Assembly (NCBI RefSeq): GCF_031769215.1
Contig: NW_026782361.1
Coordinates: 1,054,001-1,118,000, forward strand
Direction of reading: 5' to 3'
DNA from: Ylistrum balloti
Taxonomy: Eukaryota
Length of the DNA stretch: 64,000 nt
Positions 48,801 to 62,152 of this stretch are shown in pieces (position 1 is the first letter of the stretch; each line of letters begins with the position of its first letter). The notes under the pieces were generated by a model. That model ran no database searches. It was not told the origin of the DNA and saw only the letters and a list, made by a program, of their open reading frames with translations. Both the position numbers and the translations under genes were made by a program.

Positions 48801-51800
48801 AAATCCTAATACATTTCATATACATAACAATGATATCAGCAGAGAAAATCCTAATACATTTCATATACCTTAACAATGATATCAGCAGAGAAAATCCTAA
48901 TACATTTCATATACCTTAACAATGATATCAGCAGAGAAAATCCTAATACATTTCATATACATAATTTTCCTAAGATATAAAATCCATTTTCATTGCTTGA
49001 AAGACCCTGTGAATTCAAGTGATCAGGTAAGACAAACTTAATTATATACATGCATTTTGTCTGTTATCTTCCATCAACTGTCAAATCACTCTAAATCTAT
49101 ACAATATATATATACAAGGGAGATAACTATTAACCATGTACAAGGTCTAAGGAATTTATAGAAATTGTTCACATCTGCAAATTACCTGGATTGTTTTCTA
49201 CTAGAGAACACCTGGAATCTCTAACTGTCACCTCCCCGTTACGCCAGGCAAACTCCTGTAAAACAAAGCATCCACACAATATTCATATCTTGTTAAAGGA
49301 AATTAAGACAAATGTTCTGTGTGTACAATGTATGTGTCAGTAAAGTAAATTACTCCATAACATTTACAGTGATATTCAATTCAATGCCTACAGACAAATA
49401 AGAACAAAATATGACTCACAACAATGGTGATTTCATTAACATAAAAGATGGATGTTTTTAACATGTAAATGAAGTTGCATTACCATTTCATTAAGTGAAA
49501 GAGATGTCTAATCTTCCAGCAAAAACGAAAGTTAGACCAAATTTTAGATTTTCTATCTATCCATTATAATAGTGACAGGAAGTGTTACCTGTAGGTAGGG
49601 ACAGTAGTCTGCCAGAGACACAGAACCGCCATAGTTCCCCACAGCATACGCTGGTATACCATTCAGGGAATTGAAGTACTGAAAAACAGTTATGTTTAGG
49701 ATTCTTCTTCAATATGTCTGTAAACCACACAAATTCATAGAGGTTTTCTGATTATGTTTTCATGTCAGAGAAAAAAGTCCTAACAAATACTGCTTTTCTG
49801 ACGTATGAAATGAATTGGCAGTGATAGATGTGAAATGTCACTTACATTGTAAGTACTAAATTGTAAGAAAACCATATTTCAATACAAAATTGCTCAAAAT
49901 TTGAGATTATCTAAATGTGGATACAAAGGGATACCTGATACTGTTGAGGAAGACTACTATTGTACTCCACCAGGTTACAGAAGGCCACCGAGTCCCTGTT
50001 CCTTGTGCAGTCAGTCTTCAGTACCCCTCTCCGCACCTCATCACAGAATGGATGGATATCACCTCGCCTAGCAATCATGCAATCATCAATCATTAGATGA
50101 AATTACCTACTTGTCCAGGGTACATTTTTTAACACCTCAAATAGTGAACGTTAATAAGGTGACTGACCAATATTCCCTTCTCAAAACCTCGACTAATATA
50201 CATTAACATGACACCCTGTCTCAAGAACTTTCTTGAAATATACTTAAAAAAAAAACCACCTGTTTAAAGAAATGTCACCATTTTCCTTACTAATCAGTAA
50301 CCTGAAACATCATTTAAAAATAAAAAATACACACTTGGCTCTATTGCGCACAATCCAATCCAGACAACTCCTCTTGACAAAGTCACAGCCCAGATTTTTC
50401 CCCCACTCCAACTCCTCAGCACTACTGTAATCCACACTGTACCATCTGTTGCAAGGGAAACATGGACAAGCATGGATTAATATACAAAAAAGTTATCATA
50501 ACAAATATTACATGATTTACATATCTTTAATCTATATGAAAAAGATTAACCAAAATGGAATTATCATTGTTAGCTTTAATACTTTATGAAAACAGAAGTT
50601 CTTTAAAAAACATTGTACTAAATAATCAAATCCTGTCAACACACAAAATTAGCTTGCTAATACGATTAAGTACATGTAATATTAAACCCATCAACTATCA
50701 AAAATTTTAAGACACAAAACTGTATTTGATGATTTGGACTGGAATTTGATGCTATCAACAGCTAGAGTCATATAGGGACATGCCAGGTTTGGATGTTGTG
50801 GAGGAAAGCCAAAGTTCCCAGAAAAAAACTAACAACCTGCGACCGATACCTGATGACTGCCCCACAGAGGCTTCAAACCCATGACCCAGAGGTGGAGGGC
50901 TAGTGATAAAGATAGTACAATGCCTTTACCATTCAACCACCGAGATGATGATAAAACACTGACAGTTTAAAATAGCTGAAGTACATACCCAGTGTCCTCC
51001 ATTAAAGCCAAGGTCACACGGGAAATCACAGGGTTTTGTGTGTATGTCCCTGTCATAGCCTCGTTCTGAAATCAATGAGGATGTTTATGCATATCAAGTT
51101 TATCAACAGGAGCATGCTAACATAAACAATATATATAAACACTGATCTTGTTTTGCTTTATGAAGAGCTGTGACTTAGCCTTTTGAGACTTGTATAAACA
51201 GTCACAGGTCCCTGTAAATTTATTTCCAAAATGTTACATTTAAAGTGCTGATGACCTGAATGTCCTATTCATCCAGTTAGTACTGACCTCAAAGATTCGT
51301 TTTTCCCAGTGAGTGAGAGCTGTACCCACAATTCCTTGGTCTTCAAGTTCGGCTCCCTCTAGAGTGGAACAATTGAAGTGACGCCGTACCTCATCCTAAT
51401 TACCAATTACAACAAAAGACAAACATTAAACATGTACATCACTAATGGGAGGAGAAGATGACTACAACAAATCCATAAACATTTAAATCTCATTGACCTG
51501 TAAACATTTAGGTGATAACTGAACTACATTTTGGAATTTGCAGCAGAATGTTTATGATCATACTGAGTTTTATTGCCAACGCATTGCAGAGCCAGTCAAA
51601 TGGATGATTACAACATTATACTATTGATGAACTGCCACTACTGCAAGTATTCAATTTTTATCCCTAATTCATAAAGAGTTACAAAAGCAAAAACCCCAAA
51701 ATTACCATTTTTTGTGTAATTTCAGAAATATGGATTATTTTGTCCAATATGATTGAGTTTGAAACCAGTAATATTCAAGTCAAGCATTTCGTTGACGGTT

Positions 51801-54800
51801 TGGTTATACTATAGATTCTGACATAATTTTCATGACACGCCAAGATCAGTTAGGGCCACTGATATTATCAAAAATCATCATCCAGCCTAATTATGTAAAT
51901 GAGAATTTTGTGAAGGATACATCATGATTATACAGCTATTAATTATTTTCAATGAAATCAATGAAAAAAAATCAATCAAATGTCATGTCACATCTTCAAT
52001 GAATTAGAATCAAGATTTCAAAGATGTTCAACATTGCAGTTAAAGTATTGTGCTGTTTTACAGCATGGAAATAATGCCAAAATGAAACATAAGATTTCCA
52101 TCCAAAAGTTTATCAATTTGCCTGTAACTTACCACCACACGGGGAGTGACAATCATGTTAATTGACTTTGATGTGTAGCCACTGCGATTCTTCCAGTTCT
52201 GTCGTTTAAATGTCTTCACCACTTTGTCACTCCACTGGTACAAACTAAGTCTGAAACAATGGAACAAGTCACCAATGCTGGTACTGACAAAATATATCTA
52301 CCCTGTTATCTATATATATTCAGCCAGTTACCAGTCAACATGGATCTCCCTATTCTCCTCTCCCATTGATTTCAATGTAACACAGAAGCAGCACTTAATA
52401 TAACTTTAACCATAACTTGACTAAAATTAACATAGCTGAAGATCATCCCCCATACAAAAGACAAAGTATTTCATGTATATATATATATTGTGAACATATT
52501 TTGAAAGTATCTGTGAAATATCTTTGTTTTTCAAGGGATTAGATACATCTTAGATGAGGTATGACCATGACTTTTACATCCAATTCAGACATGAAGCATA
52601 ATGCACAGATAATAATGTTGGTGGGACCTATTTTTCAATTTTGAGTATTCAGATTTACATATCAATTTATACATTTTGAAAGTTTAATTTAAAACTGACA
52701 CAATTTAGGAAGGTGTTGCTAGAAATAAAACATACAGTAAGGATTATCAGGTGAACATCTGGAGCACTTAATGAGATAAACTGATAGAATGTTAAACACT
52801 AACTGTGGGTTGTACCAAGGTTTCCCTGATATTGAATTCCGTGTGGTCAGTGGAGTTCCATTTCGGTCATAATAAAAGGCATACAGGCCAGCTGTAAAAC
52901 CCTGGAATCACAACAAATACAAATCTCTTTATACACAAAATAAAATATGGATATAAAACAGTGGAATCACAACAATACCATGTCACGTCACAAAGTGATA
53001 TCAATCTCAAGACAAATTTTATTGAATTCCATTATCTTTTCTTTAAATATCAGGCATTGTGTTAATCTATTTTGGTCAAGAAGTAACTAGAAATATTGAA
53101 CCTAAGTTAGACATTGTGCCTATAAGGACAAAACTATTATTTTTATAGCATCACACATCTTAAACTAAAACTGAAAGCCACTGGCAAACTAGGCACAACT
53201 AGGGCACTAACCTAATATATAAAGAAATTTTTGAGGAGTTGAATGGAATGGTTTTGAAGACGAAGCCCAGAAAGGAAAATTAATACTAATTTAGTGTTTT
53301 TTACTATGTGTCCATGGTAACAGAAAAAATATAAAAAAATATAAAAGTTGTCAACAGCAAAAGGCTTAAACAGGGCACTACCTTAATATATACAGCTAGT
53401 TTTGTGAAGTTGAGTTGAATGGTTTTGAAATTGTAGCCCAGAAAAGCCCTCGGACGGAAGTATGTAGGGACAAACGTGTGGCCGGACGGAGACCAAATTA
53501 ATATTTCCGGCAAACATGTCTCTTGGGGAATAATGAAAATATTACAATGAGCAAAATCAACTTTCTTGAATTTTGTTATGCTGTCCATTTTATTAAGTCT
53601 ATCCCTATTAATCAACATAGTAAGTCAAAACAAAATGAGCCAATCAAATTAAATTTATAAAGGTATCTGAGTCAATCAAAATGAATTAATAAAGGTATCC
53701 AAGCCAATCAAGATGAATTTAAAAAGGTGTCTGAGCCAATCAAAATGAATTTATAAAGGTGTCTGAGCCAATCAAGATGAATTTAAAAAGGTGTCTGAGC
53801 CAATCAAAATGAATTTATAAAGGTGTCTGAGCCAATCAAAATGAATTTATAAAGGTGTCTGAGCCAATCAAAATGAATTTATAAAGGTGTCTGAGCCAAT
53901 CAAAATGAATTTATAAAGGTGTCTGAGCCAATCAAAATGAATTTATAAAGGTGTCTGAGCCAATCAAAATGAATTTATAAAGGTGTCTGAGCCAATCAAA
54001 ATGAATTTATAAAGGTGTCTGAGCCAATCAAAATGAATTTATAAAGGTGTCTGAGCCAATCAAAATGAATTTATAAAGGTGTCTGAGCCAATCAAAATGA
54101 ATTTATAAAGGTGTCTGAGCCAATCAAAATGAATTTATAAAGGTGTCTGAGCTAATCAAAATGAATTTATAAAGGTGTCTGAGCTAATCAAAATGAATTT
54201 ATAAAGGTGTCTGAGCCAATCAAAATGAATTTAAAAAGGTGTCTGAGCCATTCAGAGACTACAGTGATCATCTTCCATTCTTATGTTTGTTCATGTACCA
54301 TTATGTTCATTATTTTTGCCTAACAAGAGACATTTTATGAACAGGTCACCTGTTGAAAGCCAAGGTCACACATCACAGGAACTCCAGTTGATATTTAAAA
54401 AGTGTTAAACTCACCAATGCATGGAGAATTTCATGTTTAAGCGTTGATAGCAGCTGAAGATGATCTTGCTTTTCGATGGATATGGATTCTGGACAAATAC
54501 TGAAGTAGCCTGCTACTGGTCTGAAAGCATAACATATAATGAAGTAGCAAGTTACAGGTCTGAAATTATAACATATGAAGTAGCTAATGTTTGAAATCAT
54601 TATGTATATACTGTAGCCAGTTACAACATTTATGAATTCTCTATATGCCTTTTTAAATACAGTATAAGCACAGGTACACATGTGTGATCTACCAGTAATA
54701 CATTAGCAAAAGTTTCTTTATGTGGCAAAGCAAACTTGTGTTTTGTTAAGAGTAGTGGGTATCCCAGTTTAATCCAGGTTATCAATAAGTTTGGTGTATC

Positions 54801-57800
54801 GCTTGATGACATATGGCACCACCCACAAATGAAATACTGCAACGAGTATGAGAGGCTTTATTTTACAAAGAGAAAATTAATTTTCATTTAAATTTTCAAA
54901 ATGACATTGATGGTCCATAACTCACAGCCAAGTGTATATACTGGAGAAGCAAGTGATTTTGAAATCATACAATATGTTTCAAAATTAAAACATCTAAATT
55001 TCAGTAACCGATATTCAAAGACAAACCCGAATCTATTTACCTATCCAGAGCTGCCTCCTGCTGACAATGTGCTGCATATGCTATGGTACGTGCCTTACGG
55101 CATCGTGGTGTTGAGAGAGCAGCAACATAGAGAATGAAGTCAGTGTTGTTGACGCCTGGACCAGCATCTGATGTACTTCTCCAGATATTGAACCTACTGT
55201 CCCACAGATAACACCTCTGTAAATGACAACAGCCAGGTGATAAAAAAATTCAAACATATTGGTTAATGTGAAAGGCTGGATTAAAATGAGTAAGTGGTTA
55301 GTGTGTCCTCACTCTCACAATTGTTTGCTAATTGATTTTGAAATGATATATACATGTACTTTTGATATATTAATGATACACTACACATATTTTTATCAAA
55401 AGTTCCAGATTTTAACTTTTGAACCTTTTTAAACTGTAAACAATGCCACTCTGACCTCCTTACTCCTGGCCTCTTGTTTTCATCATTTACAAATTAACCA
55501 TTCCTAGAAGACTACTAATTATAATGACACTCCCAAAAAAAACCTTCCCCCATCTCCATTAACTTGTTTTCACATTTACTACATGGGTAACATGACATGT
55601 CTCACCTCTAAATGCTCCAAGGGTATAAAAATGTCACCACATTTCGTGAGGGCAGCACATCCATCCACACAATATCGTCCCTTGTCAATGTCTCTGTATC
55701 GTACTTCATCTGACTGACACTGCCTGATACATAAAACATCAATCATTCATCAAATGTCTGCTTCATACACAGTTCTCTCATTAAACCTTATTACATCATC
55801 TATACAAGCATGTGTTCAAATATGCTGAATCATTGTCATCAGAAAACAAAAAATAATTAATTCAGCAAAATATATAAATCTTGCTAAATGAAGACATTTA
55901 ACAGTAAATTAATTACTTGGTATTTTTTTTTTCATTTGCTTTGAATTAAACTGTATTTCGATTTTGATCATATTGCTACAAAAAGCTTATCTACCTGCCT
56001 ATGTAGTGTTGGATATCTCTTTTCACATCAAAGCATTGGTGCAGGATTGATGTGTGTTATGTTGTTGTTTACTTGTTTACTATTATACTGCACTGTGTGT
56101 ATATATAAAACTGATAAGGTGTTTAGGTACAGGTAATAAATGTATTTATACTCCACAAACCAACTCCCTCCCAGGCAAATCTGAGACATTTTTCAACAAA
56201 CTTCTATAAATAGCAATAACCTGGCCTTCACTTTTGGTTTCTAACACTAACTTTTTCAGGTGTTTTCATTTGTTTTCCATTTAGCAAAAAAAGGCTAACA
56301 TCTTCTTTGGCTTTGTGACCCGGAAACAAAAACTTATTTCAGGTACTTGACACTTGATGTTTTTATAAACTTTCATCAAAATCTGTTGAAAAATTGAACT
56401 TTCAGTATATTACCACTGGATCAGTGTGAGAATTTTCAGGTACTGAATGTATATACATAACATTATATATCCCACAGAAACACATTGCACACAATACAAA
56501 ACAGTGCGCAATGTTCAACACTATATAATTACCTGTTGAGTCTGATGGAACCAATGGTGCGTCGTACAGAGAGAGTCCGCTCCCAGTAGTCGACTGCTTC
56601 CCTTACCAAGGTCTGAAAAAAAGAGCAATGACGTCAGCTGATGGACGCTATAGCTATCAGCTGATAAGCCATGCCAACATGTCAGTGCTCTGTTATGCTG
56701 TTATTCCAAACTGGTTATACAGTCTGTATTTGTTGTTTATTTATCATACAATTAACAACTTGGGTCATATAGAGGTGGTGTCTCCTTATAGGAACCTGTT
56801 TTTATATAATTACCTCAATGAAATTCATTCAGAAAGTCCAATGCCCCATATTCAGAGCAAAGAGGTAAAGTCCCTTTCCCCACGGACACAACCAAAGTAA
56901 ACATTGGGTAGTCAAAGATTTCACCTTCCTGAGAAATATCTCTGGGATCAAACAACACAGCTTGAAAAGTCAGATGCTTACATGTAATCTTCATTGTCAA
57001 TTTACTGTACTTAAATTTAGTATATTTTCTTGACAAAGTCTTGTACACCTAACATGTATAAAGATTCATTCTAATACATGTATAAAGGAGAAATATTTCC
57101 AAACTTGTCTTTTTCTAGACAGAAAATGTTTTCAACATGTTAAATGGAAATTCAAAAATTAAAAAGGAGAAAAAAATGGGAAATGAGTAATTCCTAAGTA
57201 AAGCATAACTTTTTGGAATAATAGGGTTCAACAAACTTACTTCAATTAGAGAGCGGTGGGAGGCCGGGAGAAAACTTATACTGTTGTCATAGTGCAGATG
57301 GATCCTCAGAGGCTGGTCAGGACTCCTCTTCCGAACAACGTGGTGAGGTTCTGAATCCAGGCTCACATCTAGGATAACCTAAAATGTAGTAGGAACATAC
57401 AGGAGTGTCAATATATCTCATACAAGAAATTTCACAACCTTGTTTACAAGTGTACATTGAAAAAAATTCCAAATCTAACACTTTTTGTATGATTTGAGAA
57501 ATTCTAGAATGTTTTTTCCAAAAAATGAAGAAACTTCATACCAAGTAATAAACAAAACTTAGGTATGGTCCAGATGAATAGGATGAATTCACAACTCAAA
57601 TATCTGTGTCCAGAAACTTGTGTACAGATGAAACTTTATTTTTAGTTATACCTATAGAGCTACCACATCCAGAGGCAGTGTCACATTATACACTTAACTG
57701 ATACCGGTACATGGTTACTCTATAGATTAATTCATATCTTGACCTTTCAACACTCCCCAAGGTTTTTGCTTCATCCTGTCTTTTTTCTTTATTTCCAAAA

Positions 57801-60800
57801 CATTTTCTACACAAGACCAAATTAATTACTTCTTCATATCCCACGGGATTCCCCCTTCCATCTTTTCTTCCTCCCCAAATTTTCTCTGTTCTTCACTCTG
57901 ATTATGACATCCTTTAATTTTCACTGTTTTTTTATACAGTCATTCTTCTCTTCCTCCTCCCTGAAATGTTCTTTGTTCTATAACCTAACACATCTTTCAT
58001 TTATTTCTTTATTCAGAGCCTCCTCCTCTTCCTCCTCCTTTGAACTTTCTCCATTCTATTCTCTGATACCTTTTCCCCTTGTTTCTCTATCCAGTGCATT
58101 CCCCCTCTTTCTCCTCCATTAAACTTTCCCCGTTCTATGCTCTGACACTTTTCCCCTTATTTCTCTATCCAGTGCCTTTCCCCTCTTTCTCCTCCTTTAA
58201 ACTTTCCCTGTTCCATGCTCTGACACTTTTCCCCTTATTTCTCTATCCAGTGCATTCTCCCTCTTTCTCCTCCATTAAACTTTCCCTGTTCCATGCTCTG
58301 ACACTTTTCCCCTTGTTTCTCTATCCAGTGCCTTCCCCCTCTTTCTCCTCCATTAAACTTTCCCTGTTCCATGCTCTGACACTTTTCCCCTTGTTTCTCT
58401 ATCCAGTGCATTCCCCCTCTTTCTCCTCCATTAAACTTTCCCCGTTCCATGCTCTGACACCTTTTACCCTTATTTCTCTATCCAGTGCCTTGCCCTTGGT
58501 TTCTCCTCCATTAAACTTTCCCTGTTCCATGCTCTGACACTTTTCCCCTTATTTCTCTATCCAGTGCCTTCCCCCTCTTTCTCCTCCATTGAACTTTCCC
58601 TCTTCCATGCTCTGACACCTTTTCCTGTTGTTTCTCTATCCAAAGCCTTCTTCATCTCCCTTCCCCTTGAACTTTCTCTAATCTATGTTCTGATATCTTT
58701 TTCTCTTGTTTCCATCCAGAGCCTTCCAGCTCCCCAAAATTTTCTCTGTTCCACGCCATGTATAACTCAAGTATCTTTCTCCTGTTTTTTAATGAAGTTT
58801 TGTATTCCTTCCTTATCCCTAAAATTTTCTCTGCTTCACAGCCTATCACCTTTTTCACTTGTTGTTCTATTCAGAGTCTTCCCTTTCTTCCTCCTCCATA
58901 AAACACTGAATTGTATCTGTTCAACACTCACACCATTTTCATTTGCTCCTCTATAAGAAGAGCCACCCCCTTCTTTATCCTCCCTAAAACTTTCTCAATT
59001 ACACACCCTTATGCCCATTTCACTTTTTTTTCTACCAAAAATAAATCATTTCCACATCCTATTTTCCCCTTCCAACTTTGATCCATTTCTGTGTTCAAAT
59101 CTTGCGAGAATTTCAGCCTTTTCACCTATTACAAAGAATTTTTAAACCACATTTTCATCCATTACAGGGATTTTTAAATCACCTTTCCATCCATCTCTGG
59201 GATTCATAAACCACCTTTCTATACCTTTCAAAAATTCTAAACCACCTTTCTACACCTTTCAAAAATTCTAAACCACCTTTCTACCCATTTCAGGGATTTT
59301 TAAACCACCTTTTCAATCATTTCAAGGATTTTAAAACTTTCTTTTCACACATTTGAGGTATATTTAAACCACATTTCTATCCACCCACCCAGGGGTTTTT
59401 CACATCACCTGTTATTGATACAAAGAAAGGTGGAGCACTGATACTCCAGTCACTCTTGTTACAGGGCTCATTAAGATAATGTAGACTCTATATCTAATAC
59501 ACTGATTGCTTGAAATCTGATTCTACAAAAGGTCTATCAGGACAATGTGGAAGTAGGTCACATGAGATCTACAAACTACACTCAGTACTAAGAGTATATT
59601 CACCAATATCATACAGAGCTACACTCTTCAGGTTCTCTTTTTCTAATTGACTAGTTAAGGACATGTTATAAACATAATAAAGAGCTTTTGTGAAACAGCC
59701 TATAAACCTACTAAAGCTTTCTTGTTTAAGGATGTTATTTTACAGAAAACTATTACTGTGCTTATGTGCCTGTTATTATATCCATCGAATATCCTATATT
59801 TATCTGGCAACGCATTTGCTAATCATACACTTGTATTAGTAAATGTATAATTCTATACAGTACAAAGGGTGAATAGTACCTAATAGATGAATATAGGACA
59901 TTCAATGCAACAAGTCATACAAATTTTTATTTTTGCTAGCATAGACGAGAAACTTCAAGAAGACAAGGTTCATAAAAAAAATCATATGAAATGATAACTA
60001 ATGTACATTTTTCATAAACATTTAAACATCAACTTTAATAAAGACTTTAATGAAAATTTCAAATCTGCTTTGTGTCAACCTTTTACTTGGATTTGTTTTA
60101 CCATCTATGTTACTACATAAATAATATGATCACTATTATTTTCTTTCTGAAAATTATCTTTGTTGTTACAGTAGAAGTCTACAACATTAATATTATTAAA
60201 ATAGGTTATGATATTGTCATACTTTTCTGCAAGAATACAGGAAATAATTTCAATAATTTTTTTAGAATAACAGATTATTAGTATAATCATTAAATGGGGA
60301 AATAACCATTTTTACACTGATCATATATATGTAAGTCATATAAAAGCGGTGGAATTTGATAAAATAGCTTGAAAATTAATTCATAGAGTTTTAACCTTAA
60401 ACCTTATCAAAATTGATTGTTTGACCTAAAAAAGACCATGCATTTATCAAATATTACTGATCAGAAATATGATATAACAATGACTCTGATTTGAAGATTA
60501 TCAATACATGCTTATATTATAAACCTTCACTATGAAAACTGGACGTATACTGTGTAATTTTTCTGATGCCCTCTTCCTGGTACATTTTATATAAAAATGT
60601 TTAGTACTATTCATGACGTTGATCCACTATCAGGTTCCTACCCCAAACCCCAAATGTACGATCAAACTCTTCTACAAATTCTATTTGGAACAGAAAATCA
60701 ATGACAATTGACTTATCTAAATTCTATAAGTAGAGAGCCCATCTTCAATGTGCAGTGGTTTGATATAACATACATTTTGCTAGTATACATGAGCAATACA

Positions 60801-62152
60801 TATTGCATGAGACAAGGTTCTTTCAGCAATAAAAATAGGACTCACTATTGACGAAAACTTATATATGGAATTCCTTACAGGGTCAATTTTCTGGCAGAGA
60901 CAGATTACCACAACAGTAAATTTGATTGTCTTCATTTTAACTATAGCCACCAAGAATCACACTGTATTACTTAAATGGGGGAGATGACTGATGATAATTT
61001 AGCCATAATAAGTTATGGGTATTGTAAAATGTCTGCTGTTTTGGTACTCAGATTGGAGAAGAGGATATGGTTGCCTGAGCGCCACTGTAAGCAAATCATT
61101 TAATGCTAAGACTTTCATAATTTTTAATTGATACTGTTTAAAACATGGAAACATTGTGAGTATGAAGGTACTTAAACTATGGTAGACTTTGGACACTTTG
61201 TGGCATTATAAATTTATATGCAATAATGAAGTTCCAAAGACATATTTTTGACACACAAGATTTTGAATGAGTTAGAACATATAACCTGGAGTACCTTACA
61301 AATGCCTTTGTAGACTTAATTGATTTAAGAAATTAAAGACATGAGTTGACCCAACCAATGTATACCAATATTTTTTACAAGTTTTGTAGAATTTGCATCT
61401 AAGTTGTCTCTAAGCCAATAGTATTTTGAAGCATAAAGATTTAAAAGGACCAAAGTTATTTTCAGGAATTCAATTCCTAATATGCAGTTGCTTTAGGACT
61501 CCATAAATCAGAAAAAGGGACTTGTTTATAAAGCATTTGCAAGACATAAAAACATTAAAAGCTACAAGTGTAAAACTTCTCAATCCAAATTCAGTTTCAA
61601 ATCACAACTGCTGAACAAAATTATACTTATAGATTCAACTTTCAATTGTAAATCAATAAACATTGATATGAAAAAATTGACATTAACGTTTATTTCTGAA
61701 TTATCATATCTTTCTCAAAATGATTTTTAGGTGTTGGTACTGTAACCATACATGCTTTCAAATGTACTTTAACTAAAACAAAATCTAAGTATGATGACGT
61801 TTCTACTGATTCTCTTAAAATAAAATTCAAAATAGTTATCATTTTGAATCCCATATTCAATTATAAATTCTGTCAGACATCAGATCACTTAATACATATA
61901 AATTGAAAGTAAACCAAGTATCATATCAACAGAATTAACAACATGTACAGGTAGATCCTATAATATCTACTAAATTTTCTAATGCATAAAAAACAATATA
62001 TAAAGTTGTCATACCTCATTTCGAGATGCTGGTTGATGATCACAACTGAATCCTGACACTGGAAATTCTGGGACAAGCTGGTCTTCAAGTGAGTAATGTA
62101 TCACTAATGATATAACTAAACAAAACTTCTGCATTGTATGTCCCGTCATCAT
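45894..62152 (-). CDS. LMLN: Leishmanolysin-like peptidase / invadolysin (M8 zinc metalloprotease, 672 aa)
   Basis: 17 coding exons (5'->3'): 62152-62015, 57378-57241, 56612-56533, 55723-55606, 55216-55041, 54520-54415, 52901-52804, 52250-52133, 51395-51288, 51065-50989, 50445-50335, 50067-49935, 49678-49589, 49255-49186, 47138-47008, 46565-46410 and 46064-45894. All are GT-AG with consistent phases, totalling 2019 nt. Motifs: [28 protein letters not shown] (HExxH), [46 protein letters not shown] and HWGSGCYQ. The protein has an N-terminal signal-like segment and a hydrophobic GPI-signal-like C-terminus. Confidence 0.97.
47440..48520. repeat. 39-bp intronic minisatellite in two blocks (47440-48000, 48295-48520)
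   Basis: Unit gaagagccagtcaccttgtaaaggttgtgctacttaata. The gap holds two short SINE-like (ggggttcaaactag) fragments. Confidence 0.9.
48660..48965. repeat. 45-bp intronic minisatellite (~7 copies)
   Basis: Unit cctaatacatttcatatacataacaatgatatcagcagagaaaat. Confidence 0.92.
50730..50945 (-). mobile_element. tRNA-derived SINE remnant
   Basis: The reverse complement has A-box-like ggtggttgaatggtaaag, B-box-like gggtttgaagcc, a V-domain-like tttttctgggaactttggctttcctccac and a gctgttgatagcatc tail. Confidence 0.65.
53040..53560 (+). mobile_element. Pearl/HINE-like non-autonomous element
   Basis: Two copies of gggcacta.ct..taatata...gttga(a/g)t(g/t)gaatggttttgaa...agcccagaaa, then a GGAC-rich tract and a ggggaataat end. 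Confidence 0.55.
53636..54252. repeat. 32-bp intronic minisatellite carrying AGCCAATCA (CCAAT box)
   Basis: Unit gagccaatcaaaatgaatttataaaggtgtct. There are 20 units and 16 keep an intact CCAAT, all on an exact 32-bp grid (53640 to 54248). Confidence 0.97.
58030..58640. repeat. 78-bp pyrimidine-rich intronic tandem array (~7 copies)
   Basis: Unit ttccctgttccatgctctgacacttttccccttatttctctatccagtgcattccccctctttctcctccattaaact. Period 78 checked at 58204/58282. Confidence 0.93.
59170..59390. repeat. Degenerate ~32-bp minisatellite
   Basis: Unit ~aaaccacctttctacacctttcaaaaattct. Confidence 0.75.
60600..61500 (-). mobile_element. Highly decayed L2/CR1-group LINE 3' remnant
   Basis: The reverse strand shows frameshifted relics in the expected order: YLGIEF-like (~61470), KILCVK-like and SNH.LHIEDG (60737-60763; cf. 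SNHKLPIETGR). Confidence 0.4.

Noticed and set aside
47312-58956. Repetitive ORFs at 47312-47936, 48650-48919 and 58079-58956
   Set aside because: They result from array units whose lengths are multiples of 3 (39, 45 and 78 bp), and they lie antisense within LMLN introns.
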